Assembly (NCBI GenBank): GCA_963750945.1
Contig: CAVVSH010000004.1
Coordinates: forward strand, 547,678 to 611,677
DNA from: an uncultured Actinomycetota bacterium
GTDB lineage: Bacteria; Actinomycetota; UBA4738; HRBIN12
Reading direction: 5' to 3'
DNA length: 64,000 nt
Part shown: piece by piece, positions 1 to 8,372 of the stretch
How the letters are laid out: each line of letters opens with the position of its first letter
Numbering within the stretch: the stretch's first letter is position 1
The notes under the pieces: generated by a model
The model's input: the letters and a program-made list of their open reading frames with translations, nothing else
The model's database searches: none
What the model was told of the DNA's origin: nothing
Translations under genes and position numbers: made by a program

Positions 1-276
1 TGCAAGACCGACGGCCCCGGCTACGCGGCGGCACGGCGAGCGATGGAGGCCGCGTACGGACGTCCGGCGGGCGAGGCAGGATCAGGCGGGTCGATCCCCT
101 TGCTGCAGACGCTTCAGAAGGCCGCACCGAACGCGGAGTTCATCCTCTGGGGCCCGGAGGACACGGCGCTGGCGCGGATCCATGCGTCGGATGAGAGCGT
201 GGACCCGTCCGAGATCGAGAACATGATCGTGACCCAAGCGCTGCTGCTCCAGGATCTCGCGGAGGCGAAGACCTAG
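1..276 (+). CDS. C-terminal fragment of an M20-family metallopeptidase (ArgE/DapE/dipeptidase-like); the 5' end lies outside the window
   Basis: The frame is open from nt 1 to the stop at 274-276. The tail ...GGSIPLLQTL...FILWGPED...IHASDESV resembles an M20 C-terminal region. Confidence 0.55.
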   Translation, partial: CKTDGPGYAAARRAMEAAYGRPAGEAGSGGSIPLLQTLQKAAPNAEFILWGPEDTALARIHASDESVDPSEIENMIVTQALLLQDLAEAKT

Positions 277-304
277 TCACGGAGGGAGGCCCGGCGAACC
301 GGCG

Positions 305-1003
305 ATGACCGATCCCGTCGTCAACCCGCCGGTCTGGATCGAGCTGCCGGCGGTCATCGCCGGGGCGCTCGCGGGTGCCTTGTTCGCGCAGAAGCGCGGC
401 CTCGACGTGATCGGGATCCTCGCGCTGGCGATCGTGAGCGGATTGGGTGGCGGCATGATCCGCGATGTCCTGCTCGCGCGGATCCCGCTCGCCCTGCAGG
501 AGCCGAGGTACCTGGTCGCGGTGGCCGGGGCAGCCGCGGCGGGTGCGTTCTTCGCGCAAGCGGCCAACCGGATGCGGTCGCTGATGCAGCTGGTCGACGC
601 GGTCGCGCTGGGCCTCTTCAGCGTGATCGGAGCGGCGAGCGCGATCCTCGCGGACCTTCCCGTCCCGTCGGCGATCATGCTCGGGACGATCACGGGCATC
701 GGCGGCGGGTTGTTGCGGGATGTCCTCGTGGGCGATGTTCCGCCGCAAACGCTCCGGCGCGGAGCGCCGTACGCGTCGGCTGCGTTCCTCGGTGCGAGCC
801 TCTACCTCGGCCTCACGATCGGTCTCGACGTCGCCAGGGTGATCGCGCAGATCGCGGCCGTGATCCTGGTGTGCCTCGTCCGCGGGATCGCGCTCTGGCG
901 TGGGTGGGAGGCACCCGCGCCCCGAGACATCACGCCCAGGTTCCTCCGCACCGAGCGTGGTGACGAAGCACCGGACGCCGACCCGGAGACGGAGGCAGAA
1001 TGA
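305..1003 (+). CDS. UPF0126/TRIC-type membrane protein (YadS/YicG-like, two glycine-transporter-like repeats)
   Basis: 232-aa hydrophobic ORF with two internal repeats carrying the G-x-G-G-G-x-x-R-D motif (GLGGGMIRDVL and GIGGGLLRDVL). Confidence 0.7.
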   Translation: MTDPVVNPPVWIELPAVIAGALAGALFAQKRGLDVIGILALAIVSGLGGGMIRDVLLARIPLALQEPRYLVAVAGAAAAGAFFAQAANRMRSLMQLVDAVALGLFSVIGAASAILADLPVPSAIMLGTITGIGGGLLRDVLVGDVPPQTLRRGAPYASAAFLGASLYLGLTIGLDVARVIAQIAAVILVCLVRGIALWRGWEAPAPRDITPRFLRTERGDEAPDADPETEAE

Positions 1004-1051
1004 CCCTGTGTCGTCCGAGGGCTAGGATTCGCGACGACGTGGGGCTGGACG

Positions 1052-2563
1052 ATGACTGAGATGGGCTCGCTCGAGGCGACCGACCGCAAGGCGGGAGCGG
1101 GCGTCCTCGCCGCCGCCTGTATCTCCGCGTTCGTCGTGAACGCCAACACATCGGCGGTCACGATCCTGCTCCCGGCGATCAGCGAGGACCTCGGGGCGCC
1201 GATCGACCAGCTCCAATGGGCCGTGACCGGGTACATGCTCGTGGGCGCGGCCGTGATCGTGACCGCCGGCGCGCTCGGTGACGTGCTGGGCCGCCGCCGC
1301 GTCTTCCTCGCCGGCCTCTTCCTCTTCGTGGCCTCGTGCATCCTGATCGCGCTCGTCGGCAGCGGTGGCGGCGTGATCGCCGGACGCATGATCCAAGGGG
1401 CCGCCGGCTCGACCATCCTGGCGTGCGGCATGAGCCTCCTCTCGGTCGACGCATCGGGTTCCGGGCAGATGAAGGCGATCACGCTCTGGGGGGCCGCATC
1501 TGCGGCCGGGGCGGCGGCGGGGCCGCTCATCGGGGGTGTGCTCGTCGAGGCTACCGGCTGGCAGGGACTGTTCTGGATCGACGCGGCCATCGCCGCCCTC
1601 TGCATCCCGATCACGATCGCGACGGTCCGCGAGTCCCGGGATCCGAACCGGTCGCGGTCGATCGACTGGCTCGGCACGGCCCTGATCGCCGTGATCCTCG
1701 TCCCGCTCGTGCTCGCGCTCAGCGAGGGCACCTCGTGGGGTTGGCTCTCGGTGGCGACGGTGTCCTGCTTCGTGGTCTCCGTGATCGGCGCGGTCGGATT
1801 CGTGAAGGTCGAACAGCGCGTGGAAGCACCGATCGTCGATCTCCAACTCCTGCGGAACCGAGTCCTCGTCGGATCGACGCTCGCGATCTTGATCGTCGCG
1901 GGCGCGCTCAACGCGCTGATGTACCTACTGAGTCTCTACTTCCAGAACCCCGACACGTTCGGCATGAGCCCGTTGGACGCCGGCCTCGCGACCCTCCCGG
2001 CCGCGGCCGCGATGATCCTGGTTACGCCACTGATCACACCGCTGGCCGTGAAGATCGGCTCACGGCAGGCGGTGGCGCTTGGGTTCATCCTGGGGGCCGT
2101 CGGATCCACCCTCCTGATTCTCGTCGACGCGTCGTGGGAATACCCCTCCTTCGTGATCCCGCTGATCCTGATGGCGGTGGGACTCGGACTCGCGAACGGT
2201 CCCGCGTCGTCGGCTTCGACCTCGGCCGTGTCCGCCGACCAGGTCGGTGCCGCGTCCGGGATCTCGAACATGGCGCGATACATCGGCGGGTCGCTCGCGG
2301 TCGCCGCTGCCGCGACCGTCTACAGCTCGGCGATCACGCGGCACCTCGAAGACGGCGCCAGCCAGACCGACGCGCTCGCTTTCGGGCTGTCGAGGGCCGC
2401 GTTGCTGCTCGCGCTGATGTCGGGTGCCGGCGTCATTCTCGCGGTGTTGATGGGCCGTCACCGTGCCGCGAAACCCAAGGCGGTCCATCTCGCCGCCGCG
2501 GCAGCGGCGGTGACGCACACGATCCCGACCGAGCCGGTCGCGAGTTCCTCCGACGCTCGATGA
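1052..2563 (+). CDS. MFS transporter, DHA2/EmrB-QacA-like (14-TMS drug:H+ antiporter family)
   Basis: 503-aa ORF with MFS motifs (GxLxDxxGRRR after TM2) and about 14 predicted hydrophobic segments. Confidence 0.8.
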   Translation: MTEMGSLEATDRKAGAGVLAAACISAFVVNANTSAVTILLPAISEDLGAPIDQLQWAVTGYMLVGAAVIVTAGALGDVLGRRRVFLAGLFLFVASCILIALVGSGGGVIAGRMIQGAAGSTILACGMSLLSVDASGSGQMKAITLWGAASAAGAAAGPLIGGVLVEATGWQGLFWIDAAIAALCIPITIATVRESRDPNRSRSIDWLGTALIAVILVPLVLALSEGTSWGWLSVATVSCFVVSVIGAVGFVKVEQRVEAPIVDLQLLRNRVLVGSTLAILIVAGALNALMYLLSLYFQNPDTFGMSPLDAGLATLPAAAAMILVTPLITPLAVKIGSRQAVALGFILGAVGSTLLILVDASWEYPSFVIPLILMAVGLGLANGPASSASTSAVSADQVGAASGISNMARYIGGSLAVAAAATVYSSAITRHLEDGASQTDALAFGLSRAALLLALMSGAGVILAVLMGRHRAAKPKAVHLAAAAAAVTHTIPTEPVASSSDAR

Positions 2564-2643
2564 ATCCGTCGGCAGAAGCCGCCGATCCGATCAGCTGACT
2601 TGGCGGATCGGTCCGTCCGGGTCTCCTTGGGTGGTTGAAGACC

Positions 2644-3378
2644 TCAGGTGGACACCGAACGACTGACGACGCGCTGTTCGAGCACGCGGCAGGGGATGTC
2701 CTCCTCGACGATCTTGCCGTCCTGCGCGTAGACCTTCAGCGCCCGTCCGCCCGGCTCCGACGTGACCGCCTCGACGACCTCGCCCTGAGGCGTGAACCGG
2801 ATCGCGACGCGGTTCCAGGAGGCATAGCCCATCTCGAGCGAGCCATCGAGGAGCGCCGCGTGGAAGATCGGGCGGCGCTGATCCTCGGCGTCGTAGTGCG
2901 GGCAGTAGCTGCCCTTGATCATGCCGAGGCCCTCGTGGAGCAGCTGAAGGGTGGGGCCGTAGGAGTCGGTGGTGCCGCCTTCGAACCAGCACAGTCCTCC
3001 TGCGCTGCCGCCGGTGAGGACGGCCCCACGGTCGAGCGCTTGGAACAGCAGCCGATCGACGCCCTGTCGCTGCCACACGTCGAGCATGTTCGCGGTGTTG
3101 CCGCCGCCGACGTGGATGACGTCCGCGCCGAGAACGATGTCGGTGAGGTCGTCCTCGTTGCGGTGGAACAGCCTGAGGTGGCGGGGGCGGCACCGTCCGG
3201 AGTGGAACGTCTCGTAGAACGAGACGATGTAGCTGGCGTCGTCTCCCGTCGCCGTGGGCAGGAAGAGCACCACGGGGTCGTCCTTGCCGGTGAGCTCCAG
3301 GACGTAGTCGTGCAGCGGGTCGTTGCGTCGGTCCATCACGGCCTTCCCCGCGCCCATGGGGACGATGTGTCCGGTCAT
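2644..3378 (-). CDS. Peptidase E / S51-family dipeptidase (cyanophycinase-like)
   Basis: The start is taken at the internal MTGHIVPMGAG, preceded by AGGAGG. The ...GGSAGG... nucleophile-elbow region is typical of S51. The upstream in-frame extension of the raw ORF is Arg/Thr-rich and judged non-coding. Confidence 0.65.
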   Translation of the reverse strand: MTGHIVPMGAGKAVMDRRNDPLHDYVLELTGKDDPVVLFLPTATGDDASYIVSFYETFHSGRCRPRHLRLFHRNEDDLTDIVLGADVIHVGGGNTANMLDVWQRQGVDRLLFQALDRGAVLTGGSAGGLCWFEGGTTDSYGPTLQLLHEGLGMIKGSYCPHYDAEDQRRPIFHAALLDGSLEMGYASWNRVAIRFTPQGEVVEAVTSEPGGRALKVYAQDGKIVEEDIPCRVLEQRVVSRSVST

Positions 3379-3724
3379 GCTCCTCGACCTCCTTGGGATG
3401 ATCGTCGGTCTCCACGTCGATGGCGGGTGGTGTGGATGGGAGGATCCTGATCCGTCGTCACCGCCCGTCACGAGTCGCAAGTAGAACAGACCCAACGTGG
3501 TCGTGTTTTGCGGGCGTGTCGACCCGATCGTGTCGCTCGCTGCAGCTCGTAGACAGGTTGCACCCGTCCGCGTTCCACGCGTCCTGAAGTGCGGAGCCCA
3601 GCGCGGTTCGAGTCCCTCAGCGCTCACCAAGGTTGCCCACCAAAGGTGAGGGCCGGAAGCGTGGACGACTCGATGGCAGAAGACCAGAACATTTTCGTGG
3701 AGATGTGAGGTACGTCACTGCACG

Positions 3725-4909
3725 GTGGATCGATCCCCTTCTAATCTCGAACACATGTACGGATCCTTCGCGAACGCCGATCTCGACGACGACGGCCTGA
3801 TCCGCGTGGCGGATGCATTGAACGGCCACATCGCGGCGGCGCACGTCGCGCTGCTCCGCGTCATCGCCGAAGTCGACCGACGGAGGGCATGGCAGGACTC
3901 GGGCGCTCGAGACATGGCGCATTGGCTTTCCATCCGTTACGGCATGTCGTGGTGGAAGGCGGACCGCTGGATCAGGGCAGCGGGTGCGCTCGGCATGTTG
4001 CCGGCCATCACCGACGCGCTCGAGACCGGGGTGCTGGGTATCGACAAGGTGGTTGAGCTGTGCCGGTTCGCAACGCCCGAGACTGAGGGTGGGCTCATCG
4101 GTTGGGCGAGTGATGCCACGTGTGCCACGATCCGGCGTCGTGCGGATCTCGAGGTGAGGGCGACCCTGGAGGAGACCACGGAGCTCGAGCGCGACCGCTC
4201 CTTGCGGTACTGGTACGAAGACGGTGGGCGTCGGTTCGGCCTCGAGGCGCGCATGCCGTCGGCCCAGGGAGCGATCGTCGCCAAAGCCCTCGAGCGGGTC
4301 GTCGATCGGCTCCCCGCGATGCCGGCCCACTCCGACGGGGTCCTCATCGAAGCACGCCGCGCCGACGCCCTGTTGGCGTTGTGTTCGCAGCGCATCGCCG
4401 AAGACGCCGACGCCGATCGGGCGACCGTGGTGGTGCATGCGTCCGTCGAGGCTCTGTCGGGGCGACGCAATGCGGAGACCGAGAACGGTGCCGTCATGCC
4501 GCCCGAGGCACTCCAGCGACTCGCGTGTGACGCTCGGATCCAGGTCGTCGCCGAGAACGACGCCAGCGACGCGATCGCGTTGGGGCGCACGAAGCGAGAG
4601 CCGTCGGCCGCGATGATGCGGCAGCTCCGCCATCGGGACCGAGGGTGCCGGTTCCCCGGCTGCGGGTCCACCGCGTTCGCCAACGCCCACCACATCGTCT
4701 GGTGGTCACGGGGAGGCGCGACCGACCTCAACAACCTGCTTCTCATCTGCGGGTTCCACCATCGGCTTGTCCACGAGCACGGATGGGCTGTCGAGCGCGC
4801 CGACGACGGAAGGCTTCGGTGGTTCAGAGCCGACGGCTCCCGGTATCGGGGCGGGCCCGAACGTCAGGCGACGCGAGGGGATCACGACGCGTTCCTCGAT
4901 ACCGGCTGA
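3725..4909 (+). CDS. DUF222 + HNH endonuclease domain protein (REP13E12-type, mobile-element associated)
   Basis: An N-terminal DUF222-like helical region and a C-terminal HNH motif (CRFPGC...HHIVWWSRGG...N). Preceded by an unusually low-GC intergenic stretch. An alternative start is the ATG at 3755. Confidence 0.75.
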   Translation: MDRSPSNLEHMYGSFANADLDDDGLIRVADALNGHIAAAHVALLRVIAEVDRRRAWQDSGARDMAHWLSIRYGMSWWKADRWIRAAGALGMLPAITDALETGVLGIDKVVELCRFATPETEGGLIGWASDATCATIRRRADLEVRATLEETTELERDRSLRYWYEDGGRRFGLEARMPSAQGAIVAKALERVVDRLPAMPAHSDGVLIEARRADALLALCSQRIAEDADADRATVVVHASVEALSGRRNAETENGAVMPPEALQRLACDARIQVVAENDASDAIALGRTKREPSAAMMRQLRHRDRGCRFPGCGSTAFANAHHIVWWSRGGATDLNNLLLICGFHHRLVHEHGWAVERADDGRLRWFRADGSRYRGGPERQATRGDHDAFLDTG

Positions 4910-4973
4910 GACTCGGATCCGTGTGGAGCCTCATCGTCGGGACCCCCTCGACTCCCTCCTAGACTGACGACGC

Positions 4974-5651
4974 GTGCATCCGGATCCAGACGGCGCCTAT
5001 CACGAACAGACGATGCGGGGGACATCTCCGCCAAGGGCCCGTGGATGGATCCACAGGGTTGCGTTCCTGGTCGCGGGACCGGCCGGCATCATCCTGTTGC
5101 TCGTCGCGCCGACGTGGGAAGCCCGCCTCGCGGTTGCGGTCTACACACTCACACTCATCACGGTGTTCTGGGTGAGCTCGACGTATCACCGGGGATCTTG
5201 GTCCGCCGAGGAGTTCGCCCGATGGCAGCGGAGGGACCACGCCGCGATCTTCCTGCTGATCGCGGGTACGTACACGCCGTACTGCGTGCTCGCCCTCGAC
5301 GGCGCATGGAGGGTGTGGATGCTCGTCGCGATCTGGGTCGGGGCCGGACTCGGCATCCTCGTGAAGCTCTATCGCGTCGATCTTCACGTGCTCTCCGGCG
5401 TGATGTACCTCGGGCTCGGGTGGGCCGCGGTCATCCCGTTCGCGGAGTTCGTTCGGGCGTTGAGCCCCGCCGTTTTGATACTCACCGTCGCGGGAGGACT
5501 CCTGTATTCGTTGGGCGCTCTCGCCTTGGCGCTCCACCGACCGAAGCTCTTCCCGCGGACATTCGGCTATCACGAGGTCTGGCATGCGGCGACCGCCGCG
5601 GCAGCAGCCTGCCACTACGTCGCGGTGCTTCTGATGCTGATCGACGCCTGA
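4974..5651 (+). CDS. Hemolysin III / PAQR-family membrane protein
   Basis: 225-aa seven-TM protein with HlyIII-type histidine-containing motifs (YHRG..., HEVWH). The start could instead be the internal ATG at 5013. Confidence 0.7.
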   Translation: MHPDPDGAYHEQTMRGTSPPRARGWIHRVAFLVAGPAGIILLLVAPTWEARLAVAVYTLTLITVFWVSSTYHRGSWSAEEFARWQRRDHAAIFLLIAGTYTPYCVLALDGAWRVWMLVAIWVGAGLGILVKLYRVDLHVLSGVMYLGLGWAAVIPFAEFVRALSPAVLILTVAGGLLYSLGALALALHRPKLFPRTFGYHEVWHAATAAAAACHYVAVLLMLIDA

Positions 5652-5680
5652 GGTCGCGGGATCCGGGAGGGAGCCTGCGC

Positions 5681-5953
5681 CTACCCGATCGGCTGTGCCA
5701 GGTTCTCGGCGCTCTCCTGGGAGATGCCGAGGCGCTCCGCGAGGTCGGGCGACTTCTGGTCGAGGAGCTTTTGGATCGATTCCTTCGACAGTCCGAGCTT
5801 CTGCCGGATCGTCTCCGCCGAGATCCCGGCCTGTGTCGCCTCGTCGAGCTGCTTCTCGATCATCTGTTGCCGCCGCTCGGCCACCTCTTCGAGCAGGACC
5901 AGCTTCTCGATCTCCTCGCGGAGCAGGTCGATGTCCATCGCGGATCCTTCCAT
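5681..5953 (-). CDS. Small hypothetical protein with two sigma-70 region-4-like HTH motifs
   Basis: The start (MEGSAM... or MDIDLL at 5938) lies 5-20 nt downstream of the dodecin stop. It carries repeated L-G-(L/I)-S-x-E-S segments resembling HTH DNA-binding helices. The long upstream extension of the raw ORF is Arg-rich and judged spurious. Confidence 0.5.
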   Translation of the reverse strand: MEGSAMDIDLLREEIEKLVLLEEVAERRQQMIEKQLDEATQAGISAETIRQKLGLSKESIQKLLDQKSPDLAERLGISQESAENLAQPIG

Positions 5954-5958
5954 CGGTG

Positions 5959-6168
5959 TCAGGCCTCGTACTTGAACGAGATGTTCACGCGCGCGCGGTA
6001 GCTGGTGACCTTGCCTTCCTCGATCGTGACGTCGAACTTCACGACCTCGCCGACGCGGAGATCCCGGAGGGTCTTGGCCGCGGTCTCCACGGCGTTCTTG
6101 GCCGCTTCCTCCCACGAGGTGGCGCTGGTGCCGATCACCTCGGTGACCCGATAGACGCTGTCGCTCAT
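5959..6168 (-). CDS. Dodecin family flavin-binding protein
   Basis: 69 aa from MSDSVYRVTEVIGTS...KVTSYRARVNISFKYEA, the classic dodecin sequence. A GGGGGAGGA SD lies upstream of the ATG at 6166-6168. Confidence 0.85.
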   Translation of the reverse strand: MSDSVYRVTEVIGTSATSWEEAAKNAVETAAKTLRDLRVGEVVKFDVTIEEGKVTSYRARVNISFKYEA

Positions 6169-6242
6169 CTTGGTCCTCCCCCTCGAGGCCGTACGGTTCT
6201 CGCCACCCCATGCCGTGGCCCGCACAGGCTATCGTGCTTGCG

Positions 6243-6682
6243 TGGTTCGTGTGGTGCCCGTCTTGGTGGCGATCGTCCTGGCCCTCGCCATCCTCGCCTG
6301 GCTCACCAGAGGGATACGGGTCACGGCGGCCCGGCGGCCGAGCCGCCGCGGCAGCCGCCGGACCGGGGGCTACGAGTTCGAAGCCCGGAGCGACCAGGCT
6401 AAACGTCGGTTCAAGGGCGTTGCCGGCCCGGCCGAGCGACGGGACGAGATCGTGGCGTTCCTCGACACCCATGAGGGCGTGGAGGCCTACATGGAGCCGA
6501 AGACCGTCATGAGCCCCAAGTCCGTGGTCCTGGTCGACGCGATGGGTGAGTGGCGCCGCTTCGATCTCAAAGAGGACGCCTACCTGCGACGGCTCTCGGC
6601 GGAACGGACGCTGCCGATCTTCGATGCGGCGCTGACCGGCTACCCGCCGAGGATGCGCCGGCACTCGGGACCGACCGGCTAG
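6243..6682 (+). CDS. Hypothetical single-pass membrane protein
   Basis: The ORF is open from 6170. The GTG near 6243 is the preferred start because it avoids overlap with the divergent dodecin start. It has an N-terminal TM helix (VVPVLVAIVLALAILAWL) and is followed by a perfect hairpin. Confidence 0.4.
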
Positions 6683-6698
6683 GCCCGCGGCTCGGGCA

Positions 6699-6720
6699 GA
6701 GGGGCACCTCAGTGCCCCTC
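6699..6720 (+). terminator. Perfect GC-rich hairpin (GAGGGGCAC-CTCA-GTGCCCCTC) downstream of the 6243..6682 gene
   Basis: A 9-bp perfect stem with a 4-nt loop, 17 nt after the stop codon and with no T-tract. This is a typical high-GC intrinsic terminator-like structure. Confidence 0.5.
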
Positions 6721-6738
6721 CGGGCGTACGCTTCGGGG

Positions 6739-7962
6739 ATGAAGGTGCGTCGCCGCGCCGCGCTGATCGCGATGGCCGCGCTCGTCGCCGCGTGCACGAG
6801 CAGCGCGCCCGATGGCCCCACCCGGGCGCTGCCGTCTCTGGGCGCATTCCCCGGCGGTATCACCGGCGATCTGCTCGTCCTGATGGACGACGGGAGCATC
6901 CTCACGGTCGGTCGCGACGGCGATACGGCGACCCGCCTTCGTGGAGAGGACGATCTGAACCTCGAAACTCGCCAGCCGGTGTGGTCGCCGGACGGCGCAC
7001 TCGTCGCGTGGGTGGAGATCGGCACGGCGGCCCCGCCGGCTTCATCGACGCTCGTGACGAGTCGCCCGGACGGGTCCAGCCGTCGCGAGGTCGTCGTGGA
7101 CGCCGGCACCTTCTTCCTGCAGTGGGACCCGACATCGTCGAGGCTTGCCTATCTGGGGAGCTTCCGGGGGGCGGTCGGGATGGGCGTCGCGGACACGGAC
7201 GCCGGCGGGGGACCGGTCGCGAAGACGCTCGGCCTCGGGCAGCCCTTCTACCTCTCGTGGGCGCCGGAGGGCGACCAGCTCTTGATCCACGTCGGTACGG
7301 ACACGCTCGGGACGCTCGACCTCACGGGGGGCCCCCTCGAGCCGATCGAGGAACGGCCCGGCGTGTTCCACGCCCCCGTGTGGCTGGAGGACGGGCGTTT
7401 CGTGTACGCGGTGCACGACGGCGACGAGCAACTATTGGTCGTGCGGGGTGAAGGCCGGCCGAAAGAGCTCGTCCGATTCCGGGGTGCGATCGAGTTCGTG
7501 GTCAGCCCGGACGGCAGCAGGATCGCCTACCGCGTGGACGCGGGCGAAGGCTTCGGCACGGTGTCGGTGATCGGCATCGATTCCGCACGATCACGCTCCG
7601 CGTCCGATCTTCCGACTTCGGCGTTCCATTGGAGTCCCGACGGAAGACGACTGCTGTTGATGACACCGGCGGAAGGGGACGATCCCACCACGCATCGTTG
7701 GCATGTCTGGGACGGGAAGGAGACGAGCGCCGTCGGGCCCGCGTTCGTCCCCAGCCCGACCTATCTGCGCGACTACATGCCCTTCTTCGGGCAGTTCGCA
7801 CAGACGATGACGCTCTGGGCACCCGACGGCCGATCGTTCGCGTTCCCCGGGCTGATCGGCGACCGCGCAGGGATCTGGGTGCAAGACCTCGACGCCGAAG
7901 ATCCCACGTTCGTCGTCGAAGACGGATCCGCGGTCGCCTGGTCGCCGGTGGGCACTCCGTAG
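6739..7962 (+). CDS. Lipoprotein with TolB-like / PD40 beta-propeller repeats
   Basis: Signal peptide plus lipobox (MKVRRRAALIAMAALVAACTSS). Repeated W-S-P-DG motifs (VWSPDGALVAW, FVVSPDGSRIAY, FHWSPDGRRL, LWAPDGRSFAF). Confidence 0.75.
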   Translation: MKVRRRAALIAMAALVAACTSSAPDGPTRALPSLGAFPGGITGDLLVLMDDGSILTVGRDGDTATRLRGEDDLNLETRQPVWSPDGALVAWVEIGTAAPPASSTLVTSRPDGSSRREVVVDAGTFFLQWDPTSSRLAYLGSFRGAVGMGVADTDAGGGPVAKTLGLGQPFYLSWAPEGDQLLIHVGTDTLGTLDLTGGPLEPIEERPGVFHAPVWLEDGRFVYAVHDGDEQLLVVRGEGRPKELVRFRGAIEFVVSPDGSRIAYRVDAGEGFGTVSVIGIDSARSRSASDLPTSAFHWSPDGRRLLLMTPAEGDDPTTHRWHVWDGKETSAVGPAFVPSPTYLRDYMPFFGQFAQTMTLWAPDGRSFAFPGLIGDRAGIWVQDLDAEDPTFVVEDGSAVAWSPVGTP

Positions 7963-7971
7963 ACTCGCGGG

Positions 7972-8349
7972 ATGCGCGAGGAGATCACGCTCTACGACGA
8001 GATGGGCGGCATGCCGTTCTTCGAGCGCCTGATCGAGGTCTTCTATGAGGGCGTGGCGAACGACGCGGTTCTGCGTCCCCTCTATCCGGAGGATCTCGGG
8101 CCTTCCACCCGGCATCTGACCTTGTTCCTCGCGCAGTACTGGGGCGGACCCACGACCTACGATGCCGAGCGCGGGCACCCTCGCCTCCGGATGCGGCACG
8201 CGCCGTTCGCCGTCGGGCCGGGGGAGCGGGATCGATGGCTCTTCCACATGCGGGCCGCCGTGGATGAGATGGCACCTCAAGAGCCGGTTCGTCGAGCACT
8301 CCTCGAGTACTTCGAGATGGCCGCCGAGGCGATGCGGAACCGCGACTGA
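7972..8349 (+). CDS. glbO: Group II truncated hemoglobin (trHbO)
   Basis: 125 aa from MREEITLYDEMGGMPFFERLIEVFYEGV...YPEDLG...LTLFLAQYWGGPTTY, which matches the trHbO family. Confidence 0.85.
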   Translation: MREEITLYDEMGGMPFFERLIEVFYEGVANDAVLRPLYPEDLGPSTRHLTLFLAQYWGGPTTYDAERGHPRLRMRHAPFAVGPGERDRWLFHMRAAVDEMAPQEPVRRALLEYFEMAAEAMRNRD

Positions 8350-8372
8350 GATCGCTTCACGCCCAGAGATCC

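Noticed and set aside
140-748. Long Arg/Pro-rich antisense ORFs (e.g. 140..748 -, 1336..2598 +, 3617..4693 -, 8461..9699 -, 10836..11870 +, 33909..35321 +, 43222..45372 +)
   Set aside because: Extreme Arg/Pro/Gly content, no SD, and full overlap with strongly supported genes on the other strand or frame. These are the usual high-GC shadow ORFs.
3595-3630. tRNA gene at GCGGTTCGAGTCCCTCAGCGCTCACCA
   Set aside because: Only a T-loop-like motif and a 3' CCA are present. The T-stem has two mismatches and no 5' acceptor or anticodon arm can be built, so it is reported as a possible att-site remnant in the findings rather than as a tRNA feature.
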